Below are positions 7,680 through 16,237 of a DNA stretch of 20,000 bases, piece after piece. Numbering within the stretch: the first letter of the stretch is position 1; each line of letters starts with the position of its first letter. The position numbers were made by a program, and so were the translations under genes. Below the pieces are notes generated by a model, which searched no databases, was not told where the DNA came from, and saw nothing but the letters and a program-made list of their open reading frames with translations. The stretch lies in sequence record SRR2962707_526. One strand, given 5' to 3'.

Positions 7680-8726
7680 ATGCTGAATCTTTCAAACACA
7701 ATCCGTTTAAATAAATACATTAGCGAAAGTGGCATTTGCTCCCGTCGAGACGCAGATCGCTTTATCGAACAAGGCAATGTGTTTATTAATGGCAAGCGAG
7801 CAAAAATAGGGGATCAGGTTGCACCTGGCGATACGGTCAGAGTTAATGGGCAATTAATCGAACCACAAGATGCGGAAGACTTTGTCTTGATCGCATTGAA
7901 TAAGCCCGTTGGCATTGTCAGTACGACGGAAAGTGCCGAGCGTAATAACATAGTCGATTTTGTTAAACACGGTGTGCGTATCTTCCCGATTGGTCGTCTT
8001 GATAAGGACTCCCAAGGGCTTATCTTTTTGACGAATAACGGCGACCTAGTCAATAAAGTACTGCGCGCTGGCAATAATCACGAGAAAGAGTATCTGGTGA
8101 CGGTGAACAAAACCATCACGGATGACTTTATCAGCGGTATGGCGAATGGCGTGCCCATCTTGGGGACCATGACGAAAAAGTGCCAAGTATCAAAAGAATC
8201 TAATAATGTGTTTCGCATCACTCTGGTACAGGGCTTGAACCGTCAGATTCGTCGTATGGCAGAGCATTTTGGCTATGAAGTCATGAAGCTTGAGCGCATT
8301 CGTATCATGCACATTGGTTTAAAAGGTTTGCCAGTGGGTGAGTGGCGGGACTTTACTCAAAAAGAAGTAGAACTGCTGTCTAAAGCCATCGAGGATTCGT
8401 CTTCTGAGTCATCCCAGCCGGCTAAAAAAGCGTCTTCTGGTGCTCGAAAATCCTCTTCTAAAGCGAAGAAAACACCCGGCCCTAGAGCTAAAACGGGCGC
8501 CTCTCCAGGCGGTCATGGCAAACCTGGTGGTAAGCCGAATCGTCCGAATGGTGCTTCTAAAACGCCGAATACCAAACATAAGCGTCCTGGGGAAAATGGC
8601 CCAGCCAAAGGGGGCAGACCAGGACAAAGACCCAAGCCTGCCGGTTCCAGACCTGGCGCTTCAAAACCCGCTGGGTCTAAGCCAAATGGCAAAGGCGCTC
8701 CACGCAAACCAAAATCGTCTCGTTAA
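7680..8726 (+). CDS. rluF: 23S rRNA pseudouridine(2604) synthase with an extended basic C-terminal tail
   Basis: S4 domain [30 protein letters not shown], catalytic [24 protein letters not shown] and [10 protein letters not shown]. Confidence 0.93.
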   Translation: MLNLSNTIRLNKYISESGICSRRDADRFIEQGNVFINGKRAKIGDQVAPGDTVRVNGQLIEPQDAEDFVLIALNKPVGIVSTTESAERNNIVDFVKHGVRIFPIGRLDKDSQGLIFLTNNGDLVNKVLRAGNNHEKEYLVTVNKTITDDFISGMANGVPILGTMTKKCQVSKESNNVFRITLVQGLNRQIRRMAEHFGYEVMKLERIRIMHIGLKGLPVGEWRDFTQKEVELLSKAIEDSSSESSQPAKKASSGARKSSSKAKKTPGPRAKTGASPGGHGKPGGKPNRPNGASKTPNTKHKRPGENGPAKGGRPGQRPKPAGSRPGASKPAGSKPNGKGAPRKPKSSR

Positions 8727-8732
8727 GCAGAG

Positions 8733-8756
8733 AGGCTGACTAAGGTCAGCCTTTTT
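8733..8756 (+). terminator. Rho-independent terminator of rluF
   Basis: AGGCTGAC-TAAG-GTCAGCCT followed by TTTT, just after the rluF stop. It overlaps the stop codon of the convergent gene. Confidence 0.8.
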
Positions 8757-10371
8757 CTTGTTTGTGGCGTTTTAAAATAGGGTAGGCGGTGGAGACGAGT
8801 AAAGAGCATAAACGCTGTAAGTCACGCAAAATATCCATGTGAATTTGTGAGGACGCAAGCGTCGCAGGCACTTGATCTCGAATCCGACGCGTATGCTGTT
8901 CTCGACAAACCGCGATTTTATTGCGATAGACGTGTTTTGCATCGACCAACTCGGTGGCTAAATCTGGACTTTTTGACACATAAACCGCTTGAGCCAAACG
9001 AAAGATCTCGAATAATTCAGAGAATAAGGTGTCTAATTCTCGCTCTCCTTGTTCTGAAAAATGAATGTGTTCTTTGTGTTTTTTCCGTGCCAGTACCATC
9101 AAGCTGGCGTCAATTATGTCGCCTACGTGCTCTAAATTTGTGACGAAACTAAAGGCATCTTGCCAGCTGCTTTGCTCTTCTGATGCGCTCTTAATGTTTT
9201 CAATGGCCGCCAAATAGTAAGTCACTTCACGGTGTATTCGGTCAATGTCATCGTCCAGTTCTTTTACTCGATTAATGTGTTTGCCATTGGTAAAGGTTTT
9301 GGGGGTGCTTTCTAGCATTTGATAAGCGATGTCGGCAATGCGCAGTGTTTCGTTGGTGACATTGGCAATGGCTCGAGTTGGGTGTTGGATATCATCTTGT
9401 GACAAATACACCGAGGTCAAAGGTTTGTGAGTATCGTTTTCTGTGTCATTCGGCGAGACGTATTTTTTTAATAATTGCGCCCAGAAAGGCAACATAGACA
9501 GAAACAGAACGCCGTTAATGGCATTGATAAGAACATGGAAGGCCATAGGGGAATCTAAGCCAATGTCGGCCAGCGAAGGGCCGCCAGATTCTTGAAGGTA
9601 GTAAATCAGCAAACCAATAATGACCGCACAGGTGCGAATCACCAGGTTGCCAATGATCACCAAGCGGCCTTTTGCGCTGAGTCCCCAGCCTGAACTTAAT
9701 GCCGGCAGAGCGCCACCAATATTGGCGCCTATAACCATGATCATCGACATTTCTAAAGAGATGGCACCGTCAGTAACAAGGTGCGCAATAATCAGAATAA
9801 CGGCAAGGCTGGAATGCACCAACCAAGTAAAGAGCGCCACCAAAAACAGGGTGAGCAGGGTGTCATGAGCCAAAATACTGGTCAGGTACGTCATTCCATT
9901 GCCGGAACGCATGTCGGCGGTGCTTCTTGCAATCAAGGATAAGGCGAGCAAAAGCAGGCCAAGTCCTAAGCAAATTCGCCCCCAGTATTTGTGTTTTCGT
10001 TTGGACGATTTTTGAAAGCTGACGTAACCAATTAAAAGCAGCAAAGGCGAGAGCGCGGACAGGTCAAAGCTCAATAGCATCGCCATTAGGCTAGAGCCAA
10101 TTTCGGCGCCAACGGCTAAGGCAAGCGCAGGAATAAGCCCTAATGCGCTGGTGGCGACAAAGCCTGCAGCCAAGAGCACGACAGCGGTTCCTGATTGTAA
10201 AGCCGCGGCGGCGACACCACCTAATACCGCTGTCTGCAGACGGCGGCGTGTCATCAGGCGGACGGCATTTTCTAAGTTTTTTCCATAGGCTCTCTCGAAC
10301 CCTGTGCGGACCATGCGAATAGACCAAAGCAACAAAGTAATGGCGCCTGCCAATTGAATCAGCTCATACAT
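8746..10371 (-). CDS. Na/Pi cotransporter family protein with C-terminal PhoU-like domains (YjbB/NptA-like)
   Basis: LLLWSIRMVRTGFERAYG, LQSGTA and LVHSSLA (QSSS-like repeats), GAEIGS/GANIGG, and helical PhoU-like repeats (LDDDID, NLEHVGDIID, S.IHMDILRDL.R). ATG at 10371 has AGGGA upstream. Starts at 10377 or 10398 are alternatives. Confidence 0.88.
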   Translation of the reverse strand: MYELIQLAGAITLLLWSIRMVRTGFERAYGKNLENAVRLMTRRRLQTAVLGGVAAAALQSGTAVVLLAAGFVATSALGLIPALALAVGAEIGSSLMAMLLSFDLSALSPLLLLIGYVSFQKSSKRKHKYWGRICLGLGLLLLALSLIARSTADMRSGNGMTYLTSILAHDTLLTLFLVALFTWLVHSSLAVILIIAHLVTDGAISLEMSMIMVIGANIGGALPALSSGWGLSAKGRLVIIGNLVIRTCAVIIGLLIYYLQESGGPSLADIGLDSPMAFHVLINAINGVLFLSMLPFWAQLLKKYVSPNDTENDTHKPLTSVYLSQDDIQHPTRAIANVTNETLRIADIAYQMLESTPKTFTNGKHINRVKELDDDIDRIHREVTYYLAAIENIKSASEEQSSWQDAFSFVTNLEHVGDIIDASLMVLARKKHKEHIHFSEQGERELDTLFSELFEIFRLAQAVYVSKSPDLATELVDAKHVYRNKIAVCREQHTRRIRDQVPATLASSQIHMDILRDLQRLCSLLVSTAYPILKRHKQEKG

Positions 10372-10646
10372 AGACATTCCCTGCTGTAGGACTAACAAAC
10401 AGAGTGGTGAAGTACAGTGTGGTTAGTCGTTTATTATTGATTTTTCTACTAAGTTAACAAGATAAGCATGGCTCAGCTTGCTCACTTACGACACTTATTT
10501 ATCTCACTAATATTTTAAATTAGCTAGCTAAGCGTGAAGAATAGGGTAAATAAAAGCGGTGAGGACAAGCACATATGTGAGAACGAAGGGATAAAAACAA
10601 TAAACAAAGATGGCGAGGGGACGAACAATGATGGGAGAGGAAGTAG

Positions 10647-10680
10647 GGCGCTATGACTGACAATAGCCAGTCATAGCGCC
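10647..10680. other. Perfect 13-bp inverted repeat just downstream of opgH
   Basis: GGCGCTATGACTG-ACAATAGC-CAGTCATAGCGCC. No canonical U-tract on either strand. Confidence 0.75.
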
Positions 10681-10686
10681 GAAGCG

Positions 10687-12792
10687 CTAGGCTTGAGGTA
10701 GGTATTTCCCCATGGCCAGCATCAAAGACTTATGTTTCAAAATAGCCAAGCATTCGCTTTCTTGAAGGTGCTCGGTAAGCTGCTCCAAGTTCGCACTTTT
10801 TTCGATCTGCCATTGTGCACAAATACGACTACGACACAGGGTGTTTTCTTCTTCTTGTGGTAGTTGAGCAAGGTACCAATGATAAAAGTTCACATCGTTG
10901 ATAAAGCGTTGCAACGCCGGTTGTGTTGCACTGCTGTCATCTTCAATGGCCTGCGCTTGTTTTTCATTGAGACGTTTTACTATGCCCGTTGGGCGCTTTT
11001 CTTGAGACGCTCGAAGCAACATAAACTTGGACAAGAGGTTGCCACGTTTTTCGCCACCGCTTAACCAGGACAGAGGGATAGAAAACACCAAGCCTATGGT
11101 AATGGGCAAGGACCAATAAAACAGCGCAGGGCTCAGGAATAACGCGGCACTGGCCAACCCAGCTCCCAACAAAGTATGAGACAAATGGGCGCGAGCAACG
11201 GTTTTCCATGGGGTGGCGCCATCGTCTCGAGATTGAGGTTTCCAGCCACTATCGCGGCCTTTTAGCACATCAAAAACGACCAAGAACTGAGAGAACATCA
11301 GGATGGGCGCATACAAGGCAGACAAGGCCACCTCAAGTAAGGTGTCTAGCGTCAATAATATGGGCCCACCAAATGACATGCAGCGCTTAGGGTAGAGAAG
11401 GGCGCTTAACCAGCCATAGACCTTGGGCGCCAAGACAAGCGCCATCGACAGCTCGAATAATAACAAGGCTTTTTGGAAATCAAACACAGGCCAAGTAGGA
11501 AACAGGGAAGGGTTAGAAAAATACTCTGGGCGCACAAAGTGTGCTTGCACGGCAAGAGCAAACCCTACGGCGATCAGTAAAAACCAAAAGACAGCGCTTA
11601 GGTACGAGAAAATACCCGAAAATAAATGCACGCGTGTCGCAAAATGAAAGTCTTGCGCCAACAGGAAGGCTTTATGTTGTAGGTTGCCCTGACACCAGCG
11701 ACGGTCCCGCACCATAACGTCGATCAATGATGGCGGCGCTTCTTCATAAGAGGCCTCCAAATCCATGTCAAAACGCACTCCCCAACCCGCACGACGTAAC
11801 ATGGCGGCTTCCATAAAATCATGGCTCATCACATGGCCACCAAATGGGGCTTTGCCTTCTAAAATAGGCAGACCACACGCTTCGGCGAAGGCTTTGGTGC
11901 GAATGATGGCATTATGCCCCCAAAAGTTAGAGGCGGTGCCATGCCATGCGGCTAAGCCTGAGGCATAAACCGGCCCGAAACACTGGTTAGCAAACTGCTG
12001 AATGCGGCTGTATAAGGTATTCGCTTTGATGATGGTTGGCAGGGTTTGTATGAGGCCAAGACCAGGCTCAGCGGCCATGCGGCGAGACAGACTAATCAAA
12101 CAGTCGGCACTCATTAAGCTGTCAGCATCTAGCACAATCATACTTTCATAGCGTGCGCCAAAGCGAGTCACCCATTCGGCGATGTTACCGGCTTTACGCT
12201 CGTTGTTGTTATGACGACGGCGATAATAAATAGGGCAGCCTTGATCTTCATGGTTCAGTAACGGATAGAAGGTGTGTTTTTCTTTAATACAGGCGTCTGA
12301 GCGGTTGCTGTCACTGAGAATAAAAAAGGCAAATTTACCGGGGGCTTTCTCCAATAGATCATCGTGCATGGCTTCAATGCTGGCGCGGATTCGAATCGGA
12401 TCTTCATTGTAAACCGGCAATAAAATGGCCGTGACACCTTCAGGTTCTGCTTCTTTCACTTTGCGAGAAAATGGCCAAAGGCGGCATAAAAAGCCAATGC
12501 TTGCTTGGGAAAAGGCAAATGAAATCCAAGTGAAGTTAATGCAAAACAGCACTAAAAATGCCCACTGCAAGCCTGCAATGGCGTTGGTATTTAGTACGGC
12601 GTACATTTCTGTCGCACCGTACCAGGTGAGGCCAAGAGTAATGCTGATCACGCACAAGCGAGCTAACAAGGTGCGCAGCAGGAAAGGCTTAACCAGCTTT
12701 TTAGCCTTCTGACGAGGCTCATTCACCGTATGGCGCGGCATATCTAGTGGCGCTTCGTGCGGCAAGGCTAGACGTTCTTGGGGAGTCATCAT
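10687..12792 (-). CDS. opgH: Osmoregulated periplasmic glucan glucosyltransferase (GT2)
   Basis: LLPVYNED, LSDS, RKAGNI, VLDADS, GLIQT, FWGHNAIIR, SHDF.EA, RDRRWCQGNLQH and multiple TM helices. Start placed at the ATGA overlap with the opgG stop (12792) rather than 12819. Confidence 0.95.
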   Translation of the reverse strand: MMTPQERLALPHEAPLDMPRHTVNEPRQKAKKLVKPFLLRTLLARLCVISITLGLTWYGATEMYAVLNTNAIAGLQWAFLVLFCINFTWISFAFSQASIGFLCRLWPFSRKVKEAEPEGVTAILLPVYNEDPIRIRASIEAMHDDLLEKAPGKFAFFILSDSNRSDACIKEKHTFYPLLNHEDQGCPIYYRRRHNNNERKAGNIAEWVTRFGARYESMIVLDADSLMSADCLISLSRRMAAEPGLGLIQTLPTIIKANTLYSRIQQFANQCFGPVYASGLAAWHGTASNFWGHNAIIRTKAFAEACGLPILEGKAPFGGHVMSHDFMEAAMLRRAGWGVRFDMDLEASYEEAPPSLIDVMVRDRRWCQGNLQHKAFLLAQDFHFATRVHLFSGIFSYLSAVFWFLLIAVGFALAVQAHFVRPEYFSNPSLFPTWPVFDFQKALLLFELSMALVLAPKVYGWLSALLYPKRCMSFGGPILLTLDTLLEVALSALYAPILMFSQFLVVFDVLKGRDSGWKPQSRDDGATPWKTVARAHLSHTLLGAGLASAALFLSPALFYWSLPITIGLVFSIPLSWLSGGEKRGNLLSKFMLLRASQEKRPTGIVKRLNEKQAQAIEDDSSATQPALQRFINDVNFYHWYLAQLPQEEENTLCRSRICAQWQIEKSANLEQLTEHLQESECLAILKHKSLMLAMGKYLPQA

Positions 12793-14483
12793 TTTTGTTT
12801 CAACCATCGATATAACCATGTAGAAGCAATTGATTGATCGTTTTCTTTCAGCTGTACGCGCAATTCTGCAACATCAGCTTCTTGAGGATCAAACGTAACG
12901 TAGGCTCTAACACCATGAATGTGAGGATTTTTTACCACGCGGGTTTTTACGATTTTTCCTCGACTAGTACTCGTGTCTACCGTGATTTTATTGATGTCTT
13001 TGATTGCTAGGTTGCTGTAATCAATCAATATTTCACGGTAGTTGTTCCCAGGTGACACTTCTTTAGCGCTGCGCACTATATGCGGTTTTCCGGCCAAAGT
13101 CGGCGTGTCATTGGGCCAAGTCAGTTGGTATGAGTAAGTGTATGGCGTGTCTTTCTTAAGGCCATCTTTTGGCTGCCAATAGGCAACAATATTGTCGTTG
13201 TCTTTTGAGTTAGAAGGAATCTCTACTAATTCAATGTGACCTGCCCCCCAATCGTTCAGCGGTTTAATCCAGCTTGATGGGCGATCTTGGTAGTCATTGT
13301 CTAAGTCTTGATAGTCACTGAATTTATTATGGCGTTGAATCAAGCCAAAGCCTTTTGGTGAGGTGTCAACAAAGGCGCTGATTTGCAGGTTTTTAGGGTT
13401 GTTCAGAGGGCGCCATAACATTTCGTCGTTGCCCGTTTGGATCTGTAGGCCATCTGAGTCATGGAGTTCTGGATGATAATCAGGGCGATCCGAGATGTCT
13501 AAAGAACCGTCATACATAAACATGGAAGTCAGCGGTGCTAAGCCCACATGTTTAATATCAACGCGTGGGAATAGGGTTGCTTGAACATCCACCCGTGTTG
13601 GAGCCCCAGGGTAGATGCCAAAACGAAACGCACCGGTGACACTTTTGCTGTCGAGCAGAGCGTGAACCACAATGGCTTTTTGTGTGACAGAAGGACGCTC
13701 GATCCAAAAATGTTTAAAGCGTGGGAATTCTTCTCCCATCGGTTGCGCCACATTTATCGCCAAACCGCGAGAAGACAATCCGTAACTCTGTCCTTTCGAA
13801 ATAGCGCGGAAATAGCTGGCGCCCTGAAAGACGATGAACTCATCATTTTCGTCGCTTGAATTGAGTGGATAATGAAGACGCAGGCCCGCGTATTTACCTG
13901 CTTTAGCGATCATGTCGTCAATTTCTTGAGTCGGTGTGGTAAATGACGACGCGGAAACTTCTAGAGGAAAGCCGCGACCATTTTCAACCACATCGATAGA
14001 CACCAAATCTTTGTATAAATAGCCTGGTGCAAACAGCTGGATGGAAAACGGCGTCGGAGTATTCCCCCACACGGCCTTGTTTTGCTGAAAATCTATTTTT
14101 TGATAGGTTGCTGCGTCTAAGTTGGTTAGCATTTCAGGTGCGACATCAGGGGCAACCATGGGAGATTTAGCCAGATTTCTTGCAATATCGATCACAGTTT
14201 GGGAAGAAAAGGGATAATCTTCCTTCGCGTCTTTTTCTGTCTCCTTAACTGACTTAGTATCCTTTTCAGCAGAAGACTGAGCGTCTTTCTTTTCTATTTT
14301 CTTTGCTGACGTGGTTGCGTCCTCTGTTGTTTTAACGAGGTCGTCTTGTGTGTCTTTTATTTGTGGGGTCACCACAAGATTTTCTGGTTTAGGGGTTGCC
14401 ACGTCATTTTCTGCTTGCGCAAAGGCGCTTAATAGCAGAGAGGCAACAATGAAAAAGAATTTAATAGATGTCGAATTATGCAT
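12789..14483 (-). CDS. opgG: Periplasmic glucan biosynthesis protein G/D (OpgG/MdoG family)
   Basis: Sec-type signal peptide (AFAQA). Motifs FQGASYFRA, YGLSSRGLA, EEFPRF, APLTSMF, HDSDGL, WRPLNNP, GFGLIQR and DNIVAYW. Directly upstream of opgH. No Tat RR motif, which favours OpgG over E. coli-type OpgD. Confidence 0.9.
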   Translation of the reverse strand: MHNSTSIKFFFIVASLLLSAFAQAENDVATPKPENLVVTPQIKDTQDDLVKTTEDATTSAKKIEKKDAQSSAEKDTKSVKETEKDAKEDYPFSSQTVIDIARNLAKSPMVAPDVAPEMLTNLDAATYQKIDFQQNKAVWGNTPTPFSIQLFAPGYLYKDLVSIDVVENGRGFPLEVSASSFTTPTQEIDDMIAKAGKYAGLRLHYPLNSSDENDEFIVFQGASYFRAISKGQSYGLSSRGLAINVAQPMGEEFPRFKHFWIERPSVTQKAIVVHALLDSKSVTGAFRFGIYPGAPTRVDVQATLFPRVDIKHVGLAPLTSMFMYDGSLDISDRPDYHPELHDSDGLQIQTGNDEMLWRPLNNPKNLQISAFVDTSPKGFGLIQRHNKFSDYQDLDNDYQDRPSSWIKPLNDWGAGHIELVEIPSNSKDNDNIVAYWQPKDGLKKDTPYTYSYQLTWPNDTPTLAGKPHIVRSAKEVSPGNNYREILIDYSNLAIKDINKITVDTSTSRGKIVKTRVVKNPHIHGVRAYVTFDPQEADVAELRVQLKENDQSIASTWLYRWLKQK

Positions 14484-14931
14484 AGTAAAAAAAATGAGCT
14501 CTAAATAAACAGACAGTACTGAGTATAAAACCTGGTTCTGAATGTTGTGGTTTTTATGAGCCTCTGACTCCTTGAGAATCTCTTTTAATATAAAGCCTTA
14601 TGATAAAGCTTTCACATTTTCATAGTGAGTTTTTGGCGTCCAAGAATTGAAAAGATTTTGTGACCTTGTTTCCTTTTTTTGCAGACAAAGTGCAAGACTC
14701 ATCCTTTTTTTTAGGCTAATTTACGCTGTGAAAAAAATGAACCTATTTGTGAAGAAAGTATCAAAAAAGTTAAAAGAAAGTGTGTGCGAATTGATCGATG
14801 TTTAAAATGCCATTTTAACGTCGCGTTTTGCTTTTAGATATGTGTGTTTTTCGAACTATCTTTCATAACTTGCTGTCATCTCACTGGATGGAATACATTA
14901 CCTTGAACGCGTTTTATTTTTTAGGAAGGGT
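14484..14931. promoter_or_regulatory. AT-rich divergent promoter region between opgGH and pqiABC
   Basis: 448-bp gap between divergent starts with no ORF in the track and many A/T tracts. AGGAAGG RBS before pqiA. No specific operator identified. Confidence 0.55.
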
Positions 14932-16173
14932 ATGAGTCGCTCAGAATTTAACGAATACGCCACAGTCTGTGATGAGTGTGACTGGGTGAATGACATTCCC
15001 CCCATGGCGTCTGGTGATCTTCTGTGCTGTTCCCGCTGCGATCATCTATTGGTGCGCTTGCCGAGTAAAAGACTGGAAAAAATCTTGGCCTATGGTGGCT
15101 CGGGTTTATTAATGTTGGTGTTGTCGCTGAGCTTTCCTTTTTTGAGTTTTTCTACCTCAGGAATAGGTCGCACTGTGACGTTTTGGCAAAGCATGTCTGT
15201 GTTATTAGATCAGCATTTTACGTTTCTAGGCGCATTATTGGTGTTTGTGCTTTTGGTGTTGCCTGCGTGTTATTTACTCAGTGCGGTGATGCTGGCTTGG
15301 CTTATTAAAAAAAGAAGAAACAGAATAGTGCAGCGTTTGTGCGCACGCATTACCACGGTCATTCAACCTTGGTTAATGGTGGATGTGTTTTTAGTCGGTG
15401 TGCTTGTGGCATTGGTAAAAATGCAAAGCATGGCGGATATTGGTTTTGGTTTATCTTTTTGGTCGTTTTGTGGCTACGTGCTGTGTTTATTGAAAACCGT
15501 TTCGTTAATGAATCGCCGCTGGCTCTGGAATCAAGTGGCTGGTGCGGCGAAACCTCAGCCTTTTAGTGGTGGCTCTGCATTATCTCAAGGGTTGGTTGGG
15601 TGCCATTTTTGTGGTGCGCTGGTCGCCGATGAGTTGGGCCATTGCGGTCGTTGTGGGCACAAAACTCACAGTCGAAAACCCGCCAGCGTACAAATGACAA
15701 TCGCCTTATTGATAGCCGCCTTATTGATGTACCTTCCTGCAAACCTGCTGCCTATTATGGACACCACCTTCTTTGGTGTCAGCGAGCCCTCGACCATCTT
15801 AGGCGGTGTGTTCCAGCTTTGGGGAATGGGCTCTTACCCTATTGCGATTATTATTTTATTGGCGAGTGTGTTCATTCCCATTGCCAAGATTCTCTCTTTA
15901 GGGTGGTTATGTTGGCAGTTGCGTTTTTCTTCTCGCCATTCAACGACACAGAAATTGAAACTGTATCGCCTTACAGAGTGTGTGGGCCGTTGGTCGATGA
16001 TTGATATTTTTGTGGTGGCGACATTGACCGGTTTGGTGCAAATGGGCGGGCTTATGTCGGTGGTGCCCGGCGCGGCGGCGTTGTCGTTTGCTGGGGTGGT
16101 TATTTTAACCATGCTGGCCGCAATGTCCTACGATTCTCGGCTGTTGTGGGACCAAGAAGAGCGCGCGAGTTAG
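14932..16173 (+). CDS. pqiA: Paraquat-inducible protein A (intermembrane transport inner-membrane subunit)
   Basis: Two PqiA repeats, each preceded by paired CxxC motifs (CDEC/CSRC, CHFC/CGRC). Also PWLMVDVFLVGVLVALVK, YLPANLLPIM, ASVFIPIAK and GRWSMIDIFVV. Confidence 0.95.
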   Translation: MSRSEFNEYATVCDECDWVNDIPPMASGDLLCCSRCDHLLVRLPSKRLEKILAYGGSGLLMLVLSLSFPFLSFSTSGIGRTVTFWQSMSVLLDQHFTFLGALLVFVLLVLPACYLLSAVMLAWLIKKRRNRIVQRLCARITTVIQPWLMVDVFLVGVLVALVKMQSMADIGFGLSFWSFCGYVLCLLKTVSLMNRRWLWNQVAGAAKPQPFSGGSALSQGLVGCHFCGALVADELGHCGRCGHKTHSRKPASVQMTIALLIAALLMYLPANLLPIMDTTFFGVSEPSTILGGVFQLWGMGSYPIAIIILLASVFIPIAKILSLGWLCWQLRFSSRHSTTQKLKLYRLTECVGRWSMIDIFVVATLTGLVQMGGLMSVVPGAAALSFAGVVILTMLAAMSYDSRLLWDQEERAS

Positions 16174-16237
16174 GCAAGTAGGGCGCAACAGTCATTAATA
16201 GTGAGCAAGTGTTACTAATGAGCAAGGGGAATAAACG

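Noticed and set aside
8409..8739. Overlapping ORFs 8409..8627, 8440..8739 and 8513..8707
   Set aside because: They are explained by the stop-poor, low-complexity codons of the RluF tail.
10380..10530. Pho box upstream of the Na/Pi cotransporter
   Set aside because: No CTGTCAT-like direct repeat with 11-bp period was found on either strand.
10541..10680. CsrB/RsmZ-like sRNA on the plus strand
   Set aside because: Only one of the five GGA motifs fits ANGGA, they are not in clear hairpin loops, and there is no U-tailed terminator. Kept only as a minor alternative in the findings.
14860..14879. Pho-box-like CTTTCAT...CTGTCAT upstream of pqiA
   Set aside because: The half-sites are 13 bp apart, not 11.
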